Source of the DNA: the human T2T-CHM13v2.0 reference genome, Homo sapiens
DNA length: 64,000 bases
Assembly: GCF_009914755.1 (NCBI RefSeq)
Contig: NC_060933.1
Direction: 5' to 3' (one strand)
Shown here piece by piece: positions 23,438-35,629 of this stretch; the stretch's first letter is position 1; every line of letters starts with the position of its first letter. The position numbers were made by a program, and so were the translations under genes. A model generated the notes under the pieces. That model made no database searches and was not told the DNA's origin. It saw nothing but the letters and a program-made list of their open reading frames with translations.

Positions 23438-23846
23438 CACATACACAAACTCTCTTTTGTTTTAACAAAGTTGACAAATTTGGGCCACATTCAAAGCTGT
23501 CCTGACCTGCATTCAGCCCACAAGCTGTGGGTTAGACAAGCTTAGTTTAGCACAATCCACTTGAGTGAGTTCTTCTCAGTGAGTTCATAGAGATCTGATT
23601 GTTAGAAACAGCCTGGGACTGCCCCCTTCTCTCTCTTACTCCCTCTCTGACCATGTGACACACTGGCTCCCCTTCACCTTCTGCCATGATTGTAAGCTTC
23701 TTGAGGCCTCACCCAGAGCAGATAGCATTGCTTCCTGTGCAGTCTGCAGAACCCCGAACCAAGATAAACCTCTTTTATTAAAAAATAAATAAATAAATTA
23801 CCCAGCATTGGGTATGTCTTCATAGCAATATAAAGAGACTAACATA
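23148..23846 (+). mobile_element. MSTB-like MaLR solo LTR interrupted by MER30
   Basis: TGATATAGTTTGGATGTGTGTCCCCTCCAAATCTCATG start and ATAGCAATATAAAGAGACTAACA end. Confidence 0.88.
23270..23544 (+). mobile_element. MER30 (hAT-Charlie non-autonomous DNA transposon) with an internal (CA)n
   Basis: CAGGAATGTCCAACCTTTTGGCTTCCCTGG...GGGTTAGACAAGCTTA, with an 8-bp TSD GCTTAGCA/GTTTAGCA. Confidence 0.88.
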
Positions 23847-24585
23847 GCCCCTGACAAATTGTAACACATGACCAAAAAGTGTTTTCATAAGGATACCATA
23901 AGGAAGTGAATATTTCAGTAGCAGGATATCAGTGTGAATTCTACTGCAAGACTGGGTAGGGAAAATGTGGTTGATTCATTTTATTGAAAACTATGCAGCA
24001 GCTACAGGGGAATAAACAACCAAAAATAACCTACAGCAATGTGGGAATGTATGAAGGATGTTATGCTCTGTGAAAAAATTAGAAATAAAATTAGATTTAT
24101 AGCACAATACTCTTTAAGCAAAATGTATACACTCACGTATATACACATACACACACTCAGAAAACAACCTTCTTATCTTGTAAGAATTCTTTAAGAGTAA
24201 AGAACCTATATCAAACACATTAGCATGCCTGTCTGTGACAAGGGATAAGGAATAAAAAAATGAAACAAGTAAAACCAGAGAAACTTGTAGGAAACAATAA
24301 TGATAATGTCTCATGAAGTAAAGAATGTGATTAATTTTTTGCAACTGTGGTATAAAAACAGATTGTCAAAATCAAATGTAATGAGCTTTAGCATAGAGCT
24401 TATTGTAGGGAAAAAATCAAATTTAAATACTTAGTTTATATAGTTTGATGCAGGAATGGTCTCCTATGTGAAGTAGTAAGATACACTAAACAATCCATGG
24501 GTGTATGGGAAGAAAATACTCAAAATGCTACTTACATTTATTTTTTACTCATTTTTCCAACAGTTTAATATCTAAATGCTAGGGG

Positions 24586-24900
24586 AGGCCAGATGTGATG
24601 ACTCCCTGTCATTACACCTGTAATCCCAGTGCTTGGTTGGAGAGGGTGGGGGTCAAGGCAGGAAGAACACTTGAGGCCAAGAGTTCTAGACCAGCCTGGG
24701 AAACCTAGTCGGTTTTTGTGTCCACACACAAAAAAATTAAAAATTAGCCAAGCATGATGTCATGCACCTGTAGTTCCATGTACTGGAGAGGCTGAAGCAG
24801 GAGGATCACCTGAGGGAGGAGTTTGAGGCTGCAGTGAGCAATGATTATTCCACTGCACCATAGCCTGGGTGACAGAATGAGACCCTGTCTCTTAAGTGGA
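24586..24900 (+). mobile_element. AluJ, diverged
   Basis: GGAGTTTGAGGCTGCAGTGAGC...GGTGACAGAATGAGACCCTGTCTC. Confidence 0.85.
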
Positions 24901-25851
24901 AATAAGTAAGTGCGAGGAGAACACGTGATCTTTCTAGTTTTCAGTCCCTCTTGCAGTTCCCTGTAGATTATTTTGCTTATTCCCAATGTTCCAGCTGTCT
25001 GCACATTGTAGGCTTGTTCTTCTACCTACTCAAGGCCCCAGATCCAGCAAATGTCCTCAGAGATGGGCTCTGCTGCTAATCTGTGATCACCAAGGAAGGG
25101 CTTGTTTTTCTCTGAAATTTAGTTCATTGACACTTTAGACCCACAATTTTTTGATGGCTTTAAACAAAAAAAAAAATAATTTTTTAAAGTTCATCCGATA
25201 TTTTCTCATTATGGCAGGAGCAATTGTCTTTGGTAACTTTATTTTAATTGGAAGAAGAATTTCTAACATTGGCATTGTAATGAGGTTTTTGGTCTTTGAC
25301 CCTAGTGGAGCAATTAAATCCACGTCTATTTCTTCTGTTATGCATGTATTGAAGGATCAAATGAGAAAATATATGTAGAGTGCACAAAGTGTCTAATGTA
25401 CACTAGTGATATACAGTTGTATTATGACTACACACCGAAAACACATAATCAACCAGATTGCTTCCTGAGAACTAGAGCCAGGCTTTTCCAATGATACTTA
25501 ACTGTCAAATAATTCTATTCAATTTTTCATGGGACTTAGGGTTTGGTCCATGAAGTGCTGCCACAGTATGCAAATCAATTATATCAATAAATGTGCTAAT
25601 TTATTCAGCAAACGTATTCTTGTAGCAATAGTTACTCAATGAAAGAAGTAACATATTTAATTTCTAGTAGAAGCTACTTCTCTCATTGTGAACTCGGTAC
25701 AAAGCTTGAATGCTCTAGCTATTTTGAGGAGCATTAATAAGCATTACCTAAAGAAGATGATATATTCCCTAGACAACAAGAACTCTTATTTCTCTTTATC
25801 TTCTTTTTGATAAATGCTATAGTCTCTTGGTAGTGAATCCAGATTCTGTGG

Positions 25852-26826
25852 TGTGGGGAAAAGAAAGAGAGATCAGACTGTTACTGTGTCTATGTAGAAA
25901 GAAGTAGACATAAGAGACTCCATTTTGTTCTGTACTAAGAAAAATTCTTCTGCCTTGAGATGCTGTTAATCTGTAACCCTACCCCCAACCCTGTGCTGGC
26001 AGAGACATGCACTGTGTTGACTCAAGGTTTAATGGATTTAGGGCTATGCAGGATGTGCTTTGTTAAACAAGTGCTTGAAGGCAGTTTGCTTGTTAAAAGT
26101 CATCACCACTCTCTAATCTCAAGTACCCAGGGACACAATACACTACACACTACGGAAGGCTGCAGGGACCTCTGCCTAGGAAAGCCAAGTATTGTCCAAG
26201 GTTTCTCCCCAAGTGATAGTCTGAGATATGGCCTTGTGGGAAGGGAAAGACCTGACCATCCCCCAGCCAGACACCCATAAAGGGTCTGTGCTGAGGAGGA
26301 TTAGTAAAAGAGGAAGGCCTCTTTGCAGTTGAGATAAGAGGAAGGCATCTGTCTCCTGCTCGTCCCTGGGCAATGGAATGTCTCGGTGTAAAACCGGATT
26401 GTATGTTCCATCAACTGAGATAAGGAGAAAACTGCCTTAAGGCTGGAGGTGAGACATGCTGGCTGCAATACTGCCCTTTAATGCACCGAGATGTTTATGT
26501 ATGTGCACCTCAAAGCACAGCACCTTTTCTAACCTTGTTTATGGCACACAGACATTTGTTCACATGTTTTCCTGCTGACCCTCTCCCCACTATTACCCTA
26601 TTGCCCTGCCACATCCCCCTCTCTGAGATGGTAGAGATAATGATCAATAAATACTGAGGGAACTCAGAGACCGGTGCCAGCGTGGATCCTCCATATGCTG
26701 AGTGCCGGTACCCTGGGCCCATGTTTCTTTCTCTATACTTTGTCTCTGTGTCTCTTTCTTTTCTCAGTCTCTCATCCCACCCAATGAGAAACACCCACAG
26801 GTGTGGAGGGGCAGGTCACCCCTTCA
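25852..26826 (+). mobile_element. HERV-K(HML-2) solo LTR (LTR5, probably LTR5A/B), full length, 975 bp
   Basis: TGTGGGGAAAAGAAAGAGAGATCAGACTGTTACTGTGTC start, AATAAATACT polyA region, GGTGTGGAGGGGCAGGTCACCCCTTCA end, and TGTGG on both flanks as TSD. Confidence 0.95.
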
Positions 26827-28237
26827 TGTGGGATGTACAAAACAATCCTCCACAAATTTAAATTTATGCCTATGATCATGTGTAATGAAATTAGCCCTCA
26901 AGAGCCAACTTGAGACCATGTTCAGAATGAAAGCTTCAGAAACCCATGGCAAACACATGAATATAAGGCCATTTTAGACACAGTCCCCAGATTACCTCTG
27001 AATTCAGTGGGGAAAAAGTGACAAGGAGCAATATTTAGGGCATCTAAGATAGTGCTACCTTCTCATCCCTAACATAAGCCAAATTAAAACTTCATACTAA
27101 TGCTCTGAAGCCTAATAATAACTAGTAAGGTTTATGTCTGTCAAAAAGCCACTGCAGGCTACTGTTAAAACCAGCTACACAACCATCTGGAAGACATTTG
27201 CCTCCTTCTGGTTAAAAACAGTCCCATGTCTACTGATGATGTAGTTAAAGTTGTATCAAGATCTTCTATCTCTCAGCAGGGATGTGGTTTCCCAAATGCT
27301 AATATTTGACCAACAAAAGTTTTGCAGCCAGAGTTTGTGCAAGTATTGGTAGATAGAAAATACAAAATCCAACCATTTCTCATGAATGATTAAACAAAAG
27401 AAAGAATGCAAGAAGCCTGTGTGCATGTGCGTGGGTATATATGCATGTGTGTGTGTGTATTCAGGTTTGTTAACTTTATTAACTTTGTTTAAAATTTAAT
27501 TTAAAAATTAGATTGGGGAGTAAAATATTCTTCCTCTCTCATCATAAAACTTTTGGCTCACGGGATTCTGACATTCCATCATGCTTGGAAAAGTTGGATT
27601 TATGAAACCAGTCGCTGGACTGAGCCTGCCTATGCAGCTCTTACACGGGTGCTCCCTATTTTGTGCGCAAGCATCCTCAAGAGACCAAAGACAGTGATTG
27701 AGAGAGACGGGCTCTGAAGTCTTTTTATTTCAACTTCTTGGAATCACCACCTTGTTGATGAACATCAAAATCTTTTGTGTCATTTATCAGATTAATTACT
27801 TTTTCCATAAAAAGAGTGAGTTGAGAGGATAACAAGAAACTCCCTGTCCCTGCTTCATCCTGAAAACAGGAGAATCAATATCTTAACCCTGTTTTTGAGA
27901 GATGAATGGGTAGGTCAACATTGCTTGGCTATTTGTCCTTCCATTTGGGACAGATTACCACTGCACTTTCCCCTCAATCTCTAGAATCATGGCTTATAGA
28001 AAACAATTTTGTACTGAATTACTAAATGCATCAAAACTTTATTAGACTTATTATCAAAGAGCATGCTCAGATGTATCTATTATAAATAGTAATAAAAATA
28101 TAAAAACCTAAAAACAATATTATAAATAACAGAGAAAAGCTATGCACTGTTATGAAAGCCTTTCATATTTAGGGATATCAGGTAAGGTTTCCCTTGGTGG
28201 GGAAGATGAAGAGCAAACTAAAATAAGAGTAAGAGCT

Positions 28238-28564
<327 letters not shown>

Positions 28565-30148
28565 TTATATAAATCTGGGATGGTAGTGGGAAAAGCATAT
28601 GAGTAAGAAGACCAAAGTCCAGGAGACAAGAAGAAATACATCTGAATCATTTAGTTCAACAATGTTCATGCCACAAGAGGGGGGAAAGAGAAAGGAAACA
28701 AATTTTGTACTGCTTGAACCCATTTTTGGACTCTTGCTATTTATCCTAGTACTAATGTGAAGTCTTTGGGAGTTTTTAAGCAAAGCAATTTACAATGCAA
28801 ATTGTATTTACATTTCAAGTAATCATTCCAGATATAGCACAGAACCATTTTTGGAGAGAAAATCAGGGAGAGCACTTTAGAGGTGCTCACCATAGCCCAG
28901 GTGAGAGAGTGATGGGCTGGAATCCATGATGGCAATGAAGATAGAAAGAGAAAAATTCATTCAAGAAATAGAGAGAAGGTAAAATCTGACAATACTTGGT
29001 GATTTGAAATGGAAATGTGAAGAAGAAAATGTCAAAAATTAATTGAGATGTCAGGTGTAGGTAGAAGTGGACATCATTTGCTGCAAAAAAAAAAAACACA
29101 CACACAAGAAGAATACCACTTTCAGTGAAAGAGACATCTAGGTTGCTTAAAGTATGAAACGGGACTTTTCCAATTTCATGCAGGTAAATTAGGAGGGCTC
29201 AACCTTGAAGCACAAAAGATGGTGATTATGGTAACACTGGCCTTGAGACCAGGACCTGTATCAGACTCTAGAAAGATCAGTGTGATTTGGAGCTGCTACA
29301 GACTGGAATATTTCAGTGAAAAACAAAACACAACAAAGCATTCACCCTTATTCTTGCAGTCTTGTTTTATTTGAAGGAGTAAATAATTGGACCTTATTCA
29401 GAGCTGCAAGTTTTGGTAAGCCCTAAAATGAACAAAAAATTGTATAAAATGGAAGAAATTCACCAATTCTATTCACTTAACATTTACTGATTTTCTTCCA
29501 GGTTTAAGTATTATGATAGGCATTGTACAGTAATTACTTTATTGACCATCTTCTCTGGTGTTTGTATTAATACACAAAGAAATCTAACTTTAAAAGTGTA
29601 GCATTGCTTTCAGCTGACGCCAATCATTACCCGTTATCCCAATTCATTAAATCAGATTGTTTCAGCAATAAGTTACATTTTGAAGTTAACGAAATACTTA
29701 AAAGGCTGTGATGTTGTAGCTGCAGATGTAGTATGCAAAACACATTTGATTCATGTCGTTCAGCACAATTTCATCTTAAAATCTTATCTACAAAACATTT
29801 TTACACATCTATTATTCTCTTGCTTTATGTAAAGTTTATGTCATTTATCTCTATCAAATTAAGTTACATTTCTAGTTTTTCTCAACCATAAAAGACAGCA
29901 TTAATTTTTACAAACATTAATGATGAACTATATTCACTCATAACTATTTATGTCTAAGTCATCTTAGATTTACTGAACAATTTCTGAGTAACTAATGGCT
30001 AGCCTTTTATTATTCTATGATGATAAACATTTTTACAGTATCCAGGCTTCAGACATATTTTTGAAAACATTTCTATATGGGTCAAAATTTAAATCAGTTG
30101 TAATATGTGATCCACTCAAATATATTCTCCAGGATGCGCTATTAAAAT

Positions 30149-33100
30149 GAAATACCGAGGTGGTTCCCCAAGACACCAATTTAAAGTGTATATGTGTAGT
30201 GCAGGGTTACTGGACCAAGGCACAGTGTAAACAGCGAAATTTTATTTTTTGTTTTCTTTTTCCTAAGATGTTTCTTATTCCCCATTATATAAAAATGTAT
30301 ATTACAGGCAAAGAAAAATTAACACGAATAGAAGTAAATATAAAGTATATTCACATTAATATCAGCTTTGCTTTTTCTATTAAAGGATGTAACACACTTG
30401 TGGTTTTCAGGACCTTGTAACTCCTGGTTCATTGGAAAGCATAGAAATTCTTCAGAGCCTCAAGAGTTGTGTTTAACGCATTATTTAAATAATGTCCAAC
30501 CACTAGTTAGATAGCTTAGCACTCAAATAGCCTTTGAAATCTCTGTAGACTCACCTCAATTGAGGAGTCCTGATAATTTACAGAAGTGTGTAGTGCACTA
30601 AGAGATCCCTGATGGATAATGTCTTTGCCTGTGGAGTGTTTTATGTGTTGATCCACTGGAGTGTGTGTGTGTGTGTGTCTGTGTGTAGGTGGGTGAGTAT
30701 GGGTGGGCGTGGATTGTGTGTGTGTGTATGTGTTTACACTATGGTATGTGTCTTTTGGGGTGCCGCCATTTGGGATTTGGAAAAGTGAGGACCATAAACT
30801 TGTCAACATTCCTACATGCCTGCTTCATAAGAAGTGTACTGAACATGGCCAAAAGTAACTAAACCAAGTAAACAAATTAGACATTAATTAAATTTAATGC
30901 TGGGCGGGAAAGAAGTATTCAAGGCCAGGTAAAATGAAGAAATATAACCAAATGAATGAAATTTTTAGATTGATTCATAGAATGAGACAGGAATATTTTT
31001 TAAAATTTGTAGTTTCTAATGAATAACAGCATATAAAATAAGAATCATATGGCTGTCAATTGACTAAAAACTGTACATAAGATTTGAGCTAGTGAAACAA
31101 CCATATATGATCTTCTAATTCCACTTTTCTATCTCAAGAATGACTTGTTAAAATGATTTTTTTTTGAAATTTTACATTCTCATCTTGAAAGAGCTTCACA
31201 AAACTTACATGAGAATCTGGATTGTCATAAGAGGTCTGATTTTTTAATGGTATGTTTGTATTTTTGTTATGTACATCAATGTCAAGCATTCGTTTAATGA
31301 GCTGTTCTCTACAACACAATTTAACTTGTAATGGACACTCAGTAAATGGTCAGTTGGATATTCAAATCAACACCTTAGTTCCATCAATTTTCACTTCATA
31401 TAAAAATGCCTGATCTTCTATACTCATCAATGAAACAGAGAGAGATGAAGGAGGGAGAGCAGTTGAGACTGAGAGGATGACAAGCAGACCTCATTCTGCA
31501 GTGGATTTCCTACACTCTCCACTTCTGAATGCTTGGAAACACTTGCCATGCTCAAAAAATATTGGTATTTCCTAGGCAGCAAATGGGAGTTAAAGAAAGT
31601 CCATATTTCTATATTACAATAACTTACACTGTAATACACAAATGGCATACATTTCTAAGCTATTTCAGTTCACAGAAAATGTAGATAAATTTAGGTGAGC
31701 AAGATGTAAGAGAAGGGTTAGTAATCAAGCTGAGTGTGATTGTGAGATTAAATCCAATATTATCTTATACAATTATTGTATAATTGTATCAGTTGACATA
31801 TCTGTTGAAACAGAAGGTGGGAGAGTTTTGCATGCGCTTCCGAAATGTACTGGATGATGTTAGGAGAGAGGCGGGTCAACGTGGCTAGGCCATAAGTGTT
31901 TACTAATTGAGGCTTAGGAAAGTTAAGCTCCTAACCAGAGACTGGGAGATAGAGGCGCTAAAGTGTATAACATTTATATTTAATATATATTTAATAATAT
32001 ATAATAAAGTCTTAAAATGCCAGTTTTAAGTCTTTTCATTTTCTTCTTAAAAACAGAGGTTTCATTGCATTTGGTCCACAGTCGGTATTTCACATTATCT
32101 CATAGCGCAGGGCCCCTGGGTGGAGGGCTCTGTGCAGTACTTGGCGTGGCCTGGGGCCGGGAGAGATAGAGCAGTAGACCTGGTCAGGCCCGGAAGGGGA
32201 GAAGGAGGGCCGGGGCTCCTTAAGACCTACTGAGGGCCTGGGCGCGGTGGCTCTCGCCTGTCAACCCAACACTTTGGGAGGACGAAACAGGCGGATCACA
32301 TGAGGCAAAGAGTTCCCGACCAGCCTGGCCAACATGGTGAAATCCCGTCTCTACTAAAAATACAAAAAATTAGGTAGGCGTGGTGGTGGGTGCCTGTAGT
32401 CTCAGCTACTCTGGAGGCTGAGGCAGGAGAATCGCTTAAGCTGGGAGGCTGAGGTGCAGTGAGGCGAGATTACTCCACTGTGCTTCAGCCTGGGCGACAG
32501 AGTGAGACTGCATCTCAAAAAAAACAAAAACAAAAACAAACAAAAAACCCTACTGAGGGCCACGGGGGTGGGGGAGCTAGGATGGAGAGGGGTCAGACTT
32601 AATCCTGGCAACTCAGAATTCCACTAACTTGTACGGGTCTCAGTTTCCTCACCGGGCCCCAGCATAGGTCTGAGGGTCTGAGGTCTGTTGGTCTGAGGGT
32701 CCTAGGGAAATCCAGCCACTCAGGAGCCTGAGATATTTTAGCATCGTGGCTGGGCCCCCTCTCCCAGGGGACTCATTTCCCAGCACCCTCTCCACTGTCT
32801 CCGCCCCATTCCTCGGAGAAGAAAAAAATTTTCTTTCTTTTGTTAATACTTCCTGAAACTTTTGCAGGTACAGAAACCACAAACTGATCGGCTGACAAAA
32901 AGGGGTAGAGGAGAGGCAACCAGAAACCTTCGGGGACTGGTTCCCTCCATGCCCAGGTCTCTTCTCCCCAGCACAGCTCAGCCCACAGCCTGGAAGTGCC
33001 AGCGGGGACCTTCACCCTACACGCATCAGGATATGGCCTTGATCCCTTCCCCCACAGCCCGGTGTCTCAGTCCTGCCAAGGAACCAAAGCAAGGGGAGGT

Positions 33101-33488
33101 GGGGAAAAAACCCTGCTGCCTGATCCCACGCTGCCACTCACAGACCCTCGGTTGACTGGCAGCACTGAACAGGTTAAAAAAAAAAAAAGATGAAAACACA
33201 GAAAAACCCAACACCCAGACGGGGAGACCATGTGTGGAGAGAGCGTGCTGGGAGCCTCAGTAGCCGGTCTCCTCCTGGTAGTAAGGGGCCTCCCCTGGCC
33301 CTGGGCAGTTGCCGGCGGAGGGAGCCCCGTGGGCCACTGGGCCACCCGGCTAGTACTTGGGTTCGTATATTTGCCGGCCTAGGCCAAAGACCTGGCCGCT
33401 GTGATTGGCAACCTGCGTGTAGCCCATCTTCAGGGACATGGAGGAGTTCTCACACTTGTCGATTCCCAAATTGGTGTCATAGATGTGC
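30149..33488. repeat. Left arm of a 3.3-kb inverted duplication (partner 45632-48943)
   Basis: GAAATACCGAGGTGGTTCCCCAAGACACCAATTT (30149) is the reverse complement of 48910-48943. Mirror ORFs lie on opposite strands (31134-31319 - vs 47772-48047 +; 31427-31648 - vs 47443-47667 +; 30160-30420 + vs 48672-49007 -). Confidence 0.95.
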
Positions 33489-34207
33489 CGCTGGGTCCCG
33501 GGAGCCGTCATGCCCACCTGGCTGGCGTACTTGTTTGTACCCATCTGGAGGCTGATGGTCGAATTGTCCATGGGGGGCAGGATGCGGTTCTTGGGGTCGT
33601 AGAGATGCCTCCTCGTGCCATATGCGGTCATGCCTGACTGGCTGGCACATTTGTTGGTAATCTGCAGCCGGATGACGCACTGGCTGGCCTTCATGGTGGT
33701 GTCGTCGAAGTTCTGCTTCTTTGAGTACTTGTCACGGATGTCCACCCCGCTCCGCAGCCCCTTAGTCTTGGCCTTCCCTGCCAGGGCAAGAAGAGACACC
33801 CGCACCTGCATATTGTTCCCACTCTCAAACAGGTCGTTGGCCTCAAATAGGTCCACGGGATCATGCCGTAGCTGACCATTGCCTTGAGGAAGTTGGAGAG
33901 GTTTTCTAGCTAGTGCCAGTTCTACACGGAAGCCGTTGATCTTGGGGACTGAGCCCGGCTGCAGTTTGTTCACGAGTGTGCATAAAATAATCCCGTCCTT
34001 CAGGCCCTTCTGGAAGTCGGGGCGGATGGAGAGGCCAGTGAATCCCTTGATCCAGCTGCGGAGCTCTGCCTCCTTCTGGGAGTCATATTTGGGCAGAAGC
34101 CTGTTCTGGACATCCGCCAAGAGCCTGTAGGAGGGGCCCTTGTTGAACTGCGTGGAGCTTACGGCTGGAGGGCGCCGTCGCAGGGCGGATCCGACAGGAC
34201 CAGCGGC
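32037..34207 (-). pseudogene. CNN2P: Calponin-2 processed pseudogene, full length with 5'UTR, CDS and 3'UTR
   Basis: Intronless CH domain (KYDSQKEAELRSWI..DFQKGLKDGIILCTLVNKLQPGSVPKIN) and calponin repeats (ISLQMGTNKYASQVGMTAPGTQRHIYD). The start ATG is changed to GTA at 34160-34162 and there is a premature TAG at 33350. A degenerate A-tail and TSD TAAGTCTTTT lie at 32027-32036 and 34208-34217. Confidence 0.96.
32235..32547 (+). mobile_element. AluS within the CNN2 retrocopy 3'UTR (antisense to CNN2)
   Basis: Full dimer with TSD CCTACTGAGG; mirrored at 46554-46860. Confidence 0.92.
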
Positions 34208-34377
34208 TAAGTCTTTTTTCTAGTTCGCAATGTTTTGTTTTCACCACACCATTGTTTTACTACATATTTTATTGTATGTGTATTGTGTTAAATATACATT
34301 TTGTGTATTTAAAAATGTGTGGAAAATGTTAGACCATCTCCCTTTTTTCCACCTTCCCTTTTACCCTTTACTGCCAT

Positions 34378-34446
34378 TTACATCCACACATCCACACACA
34401 CATACATCCACACATCCACACACACATACATCCACACACACACATA
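34378..34446. repeat. CA-rich 24-bp tandem repeat (CATCCACACATCCACACACACATA)
   Basis: About 2.7 copies are visible. Confidence 0.8.
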
Positions 34447-34568
34447 CTGACCAAAATTAATTTCGATATACGAATGGGTTATTTGAAGCGAAAAGTCAAT
34501 CTATATTAGTAAAAGTGTCATGCCAGTATGAATTATATTTATAATCCTTTCAAGAAGAAAGAACTTGC

Positions 34569-34885
34569 GGCCGGGCGCTGTGGCTCACGCCTGTAATCCC
34601 AGCACTTTGGGAGGCCGAGGCGGGCTGATCATGAGGTCAGGAATTCAAGACCAGTCTGGCCAAGATGGTGAAACTTCGTCTCTACTAAAAATACAAAAAA
34701 ATTAGCTGGGCGTGGTGGCGGGCACCTGTAATCCCAGCTACTCGGGAGGCTGAAGCAGAGAATTCCTTAAACCCGGGAGGCGGAGGTTGCAGTGAGCCAA
34801 GATTGTGCCACTGCACTCTAGCCTGGGCGACAGAGCAAGACTCCGTCTCAAACCAAAAAAAAAAAAAAAAGAAAAAGAAAAAAGA
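34569..34885 (+). mobile_element. AluS
   Basis: Full dimer, A-tail and TSD AAGAAAGAACTT. Confidence 0.95.
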
Positions 34886-35015
34886 AAGAACTTCCTTAAT
34901 TTTTTGAAGAGACTATTCTGTATCCATTTTATAATTTTGTGGCCACTGAAAAAGGTATATTAAATCACAGACACAGTGAATGTAGTAAGTGGTAGTTTAA
35001 AATGTTAAAATGTTA

Positions 35016-35349
<334 letters not shown>

Positions 35350-35629
35350 CTAACAAAACAGCCTCGTTACACTAATTCGCTGATAATGAATTCTTAAGTA
35401 AAAGGGGAATTCCATAGAAATATATATGGCTCTTTTATGTTTAAGAAAAGTAAGAGCCTGAAAAACAGATGTGTTCTGTAAAACTGAATTACTTTCTATC
35501 CAGTTCCACTGGTTCCACTGTTTTATATCTTTATATTAAAACATATATAAATGATTGATTGATGAATTTTTTTCTTTTAGACGCTGCTGCTGAATCCATG
35601 GAGAGAAAAAGGATAAATTTCCAGAACTA

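Noticed and set aside
25135-25378. Hydrophobic ORFs on both strands
   Set aside because: No recognisable homology; consistent with chance ORFs in AT-rich DNA.
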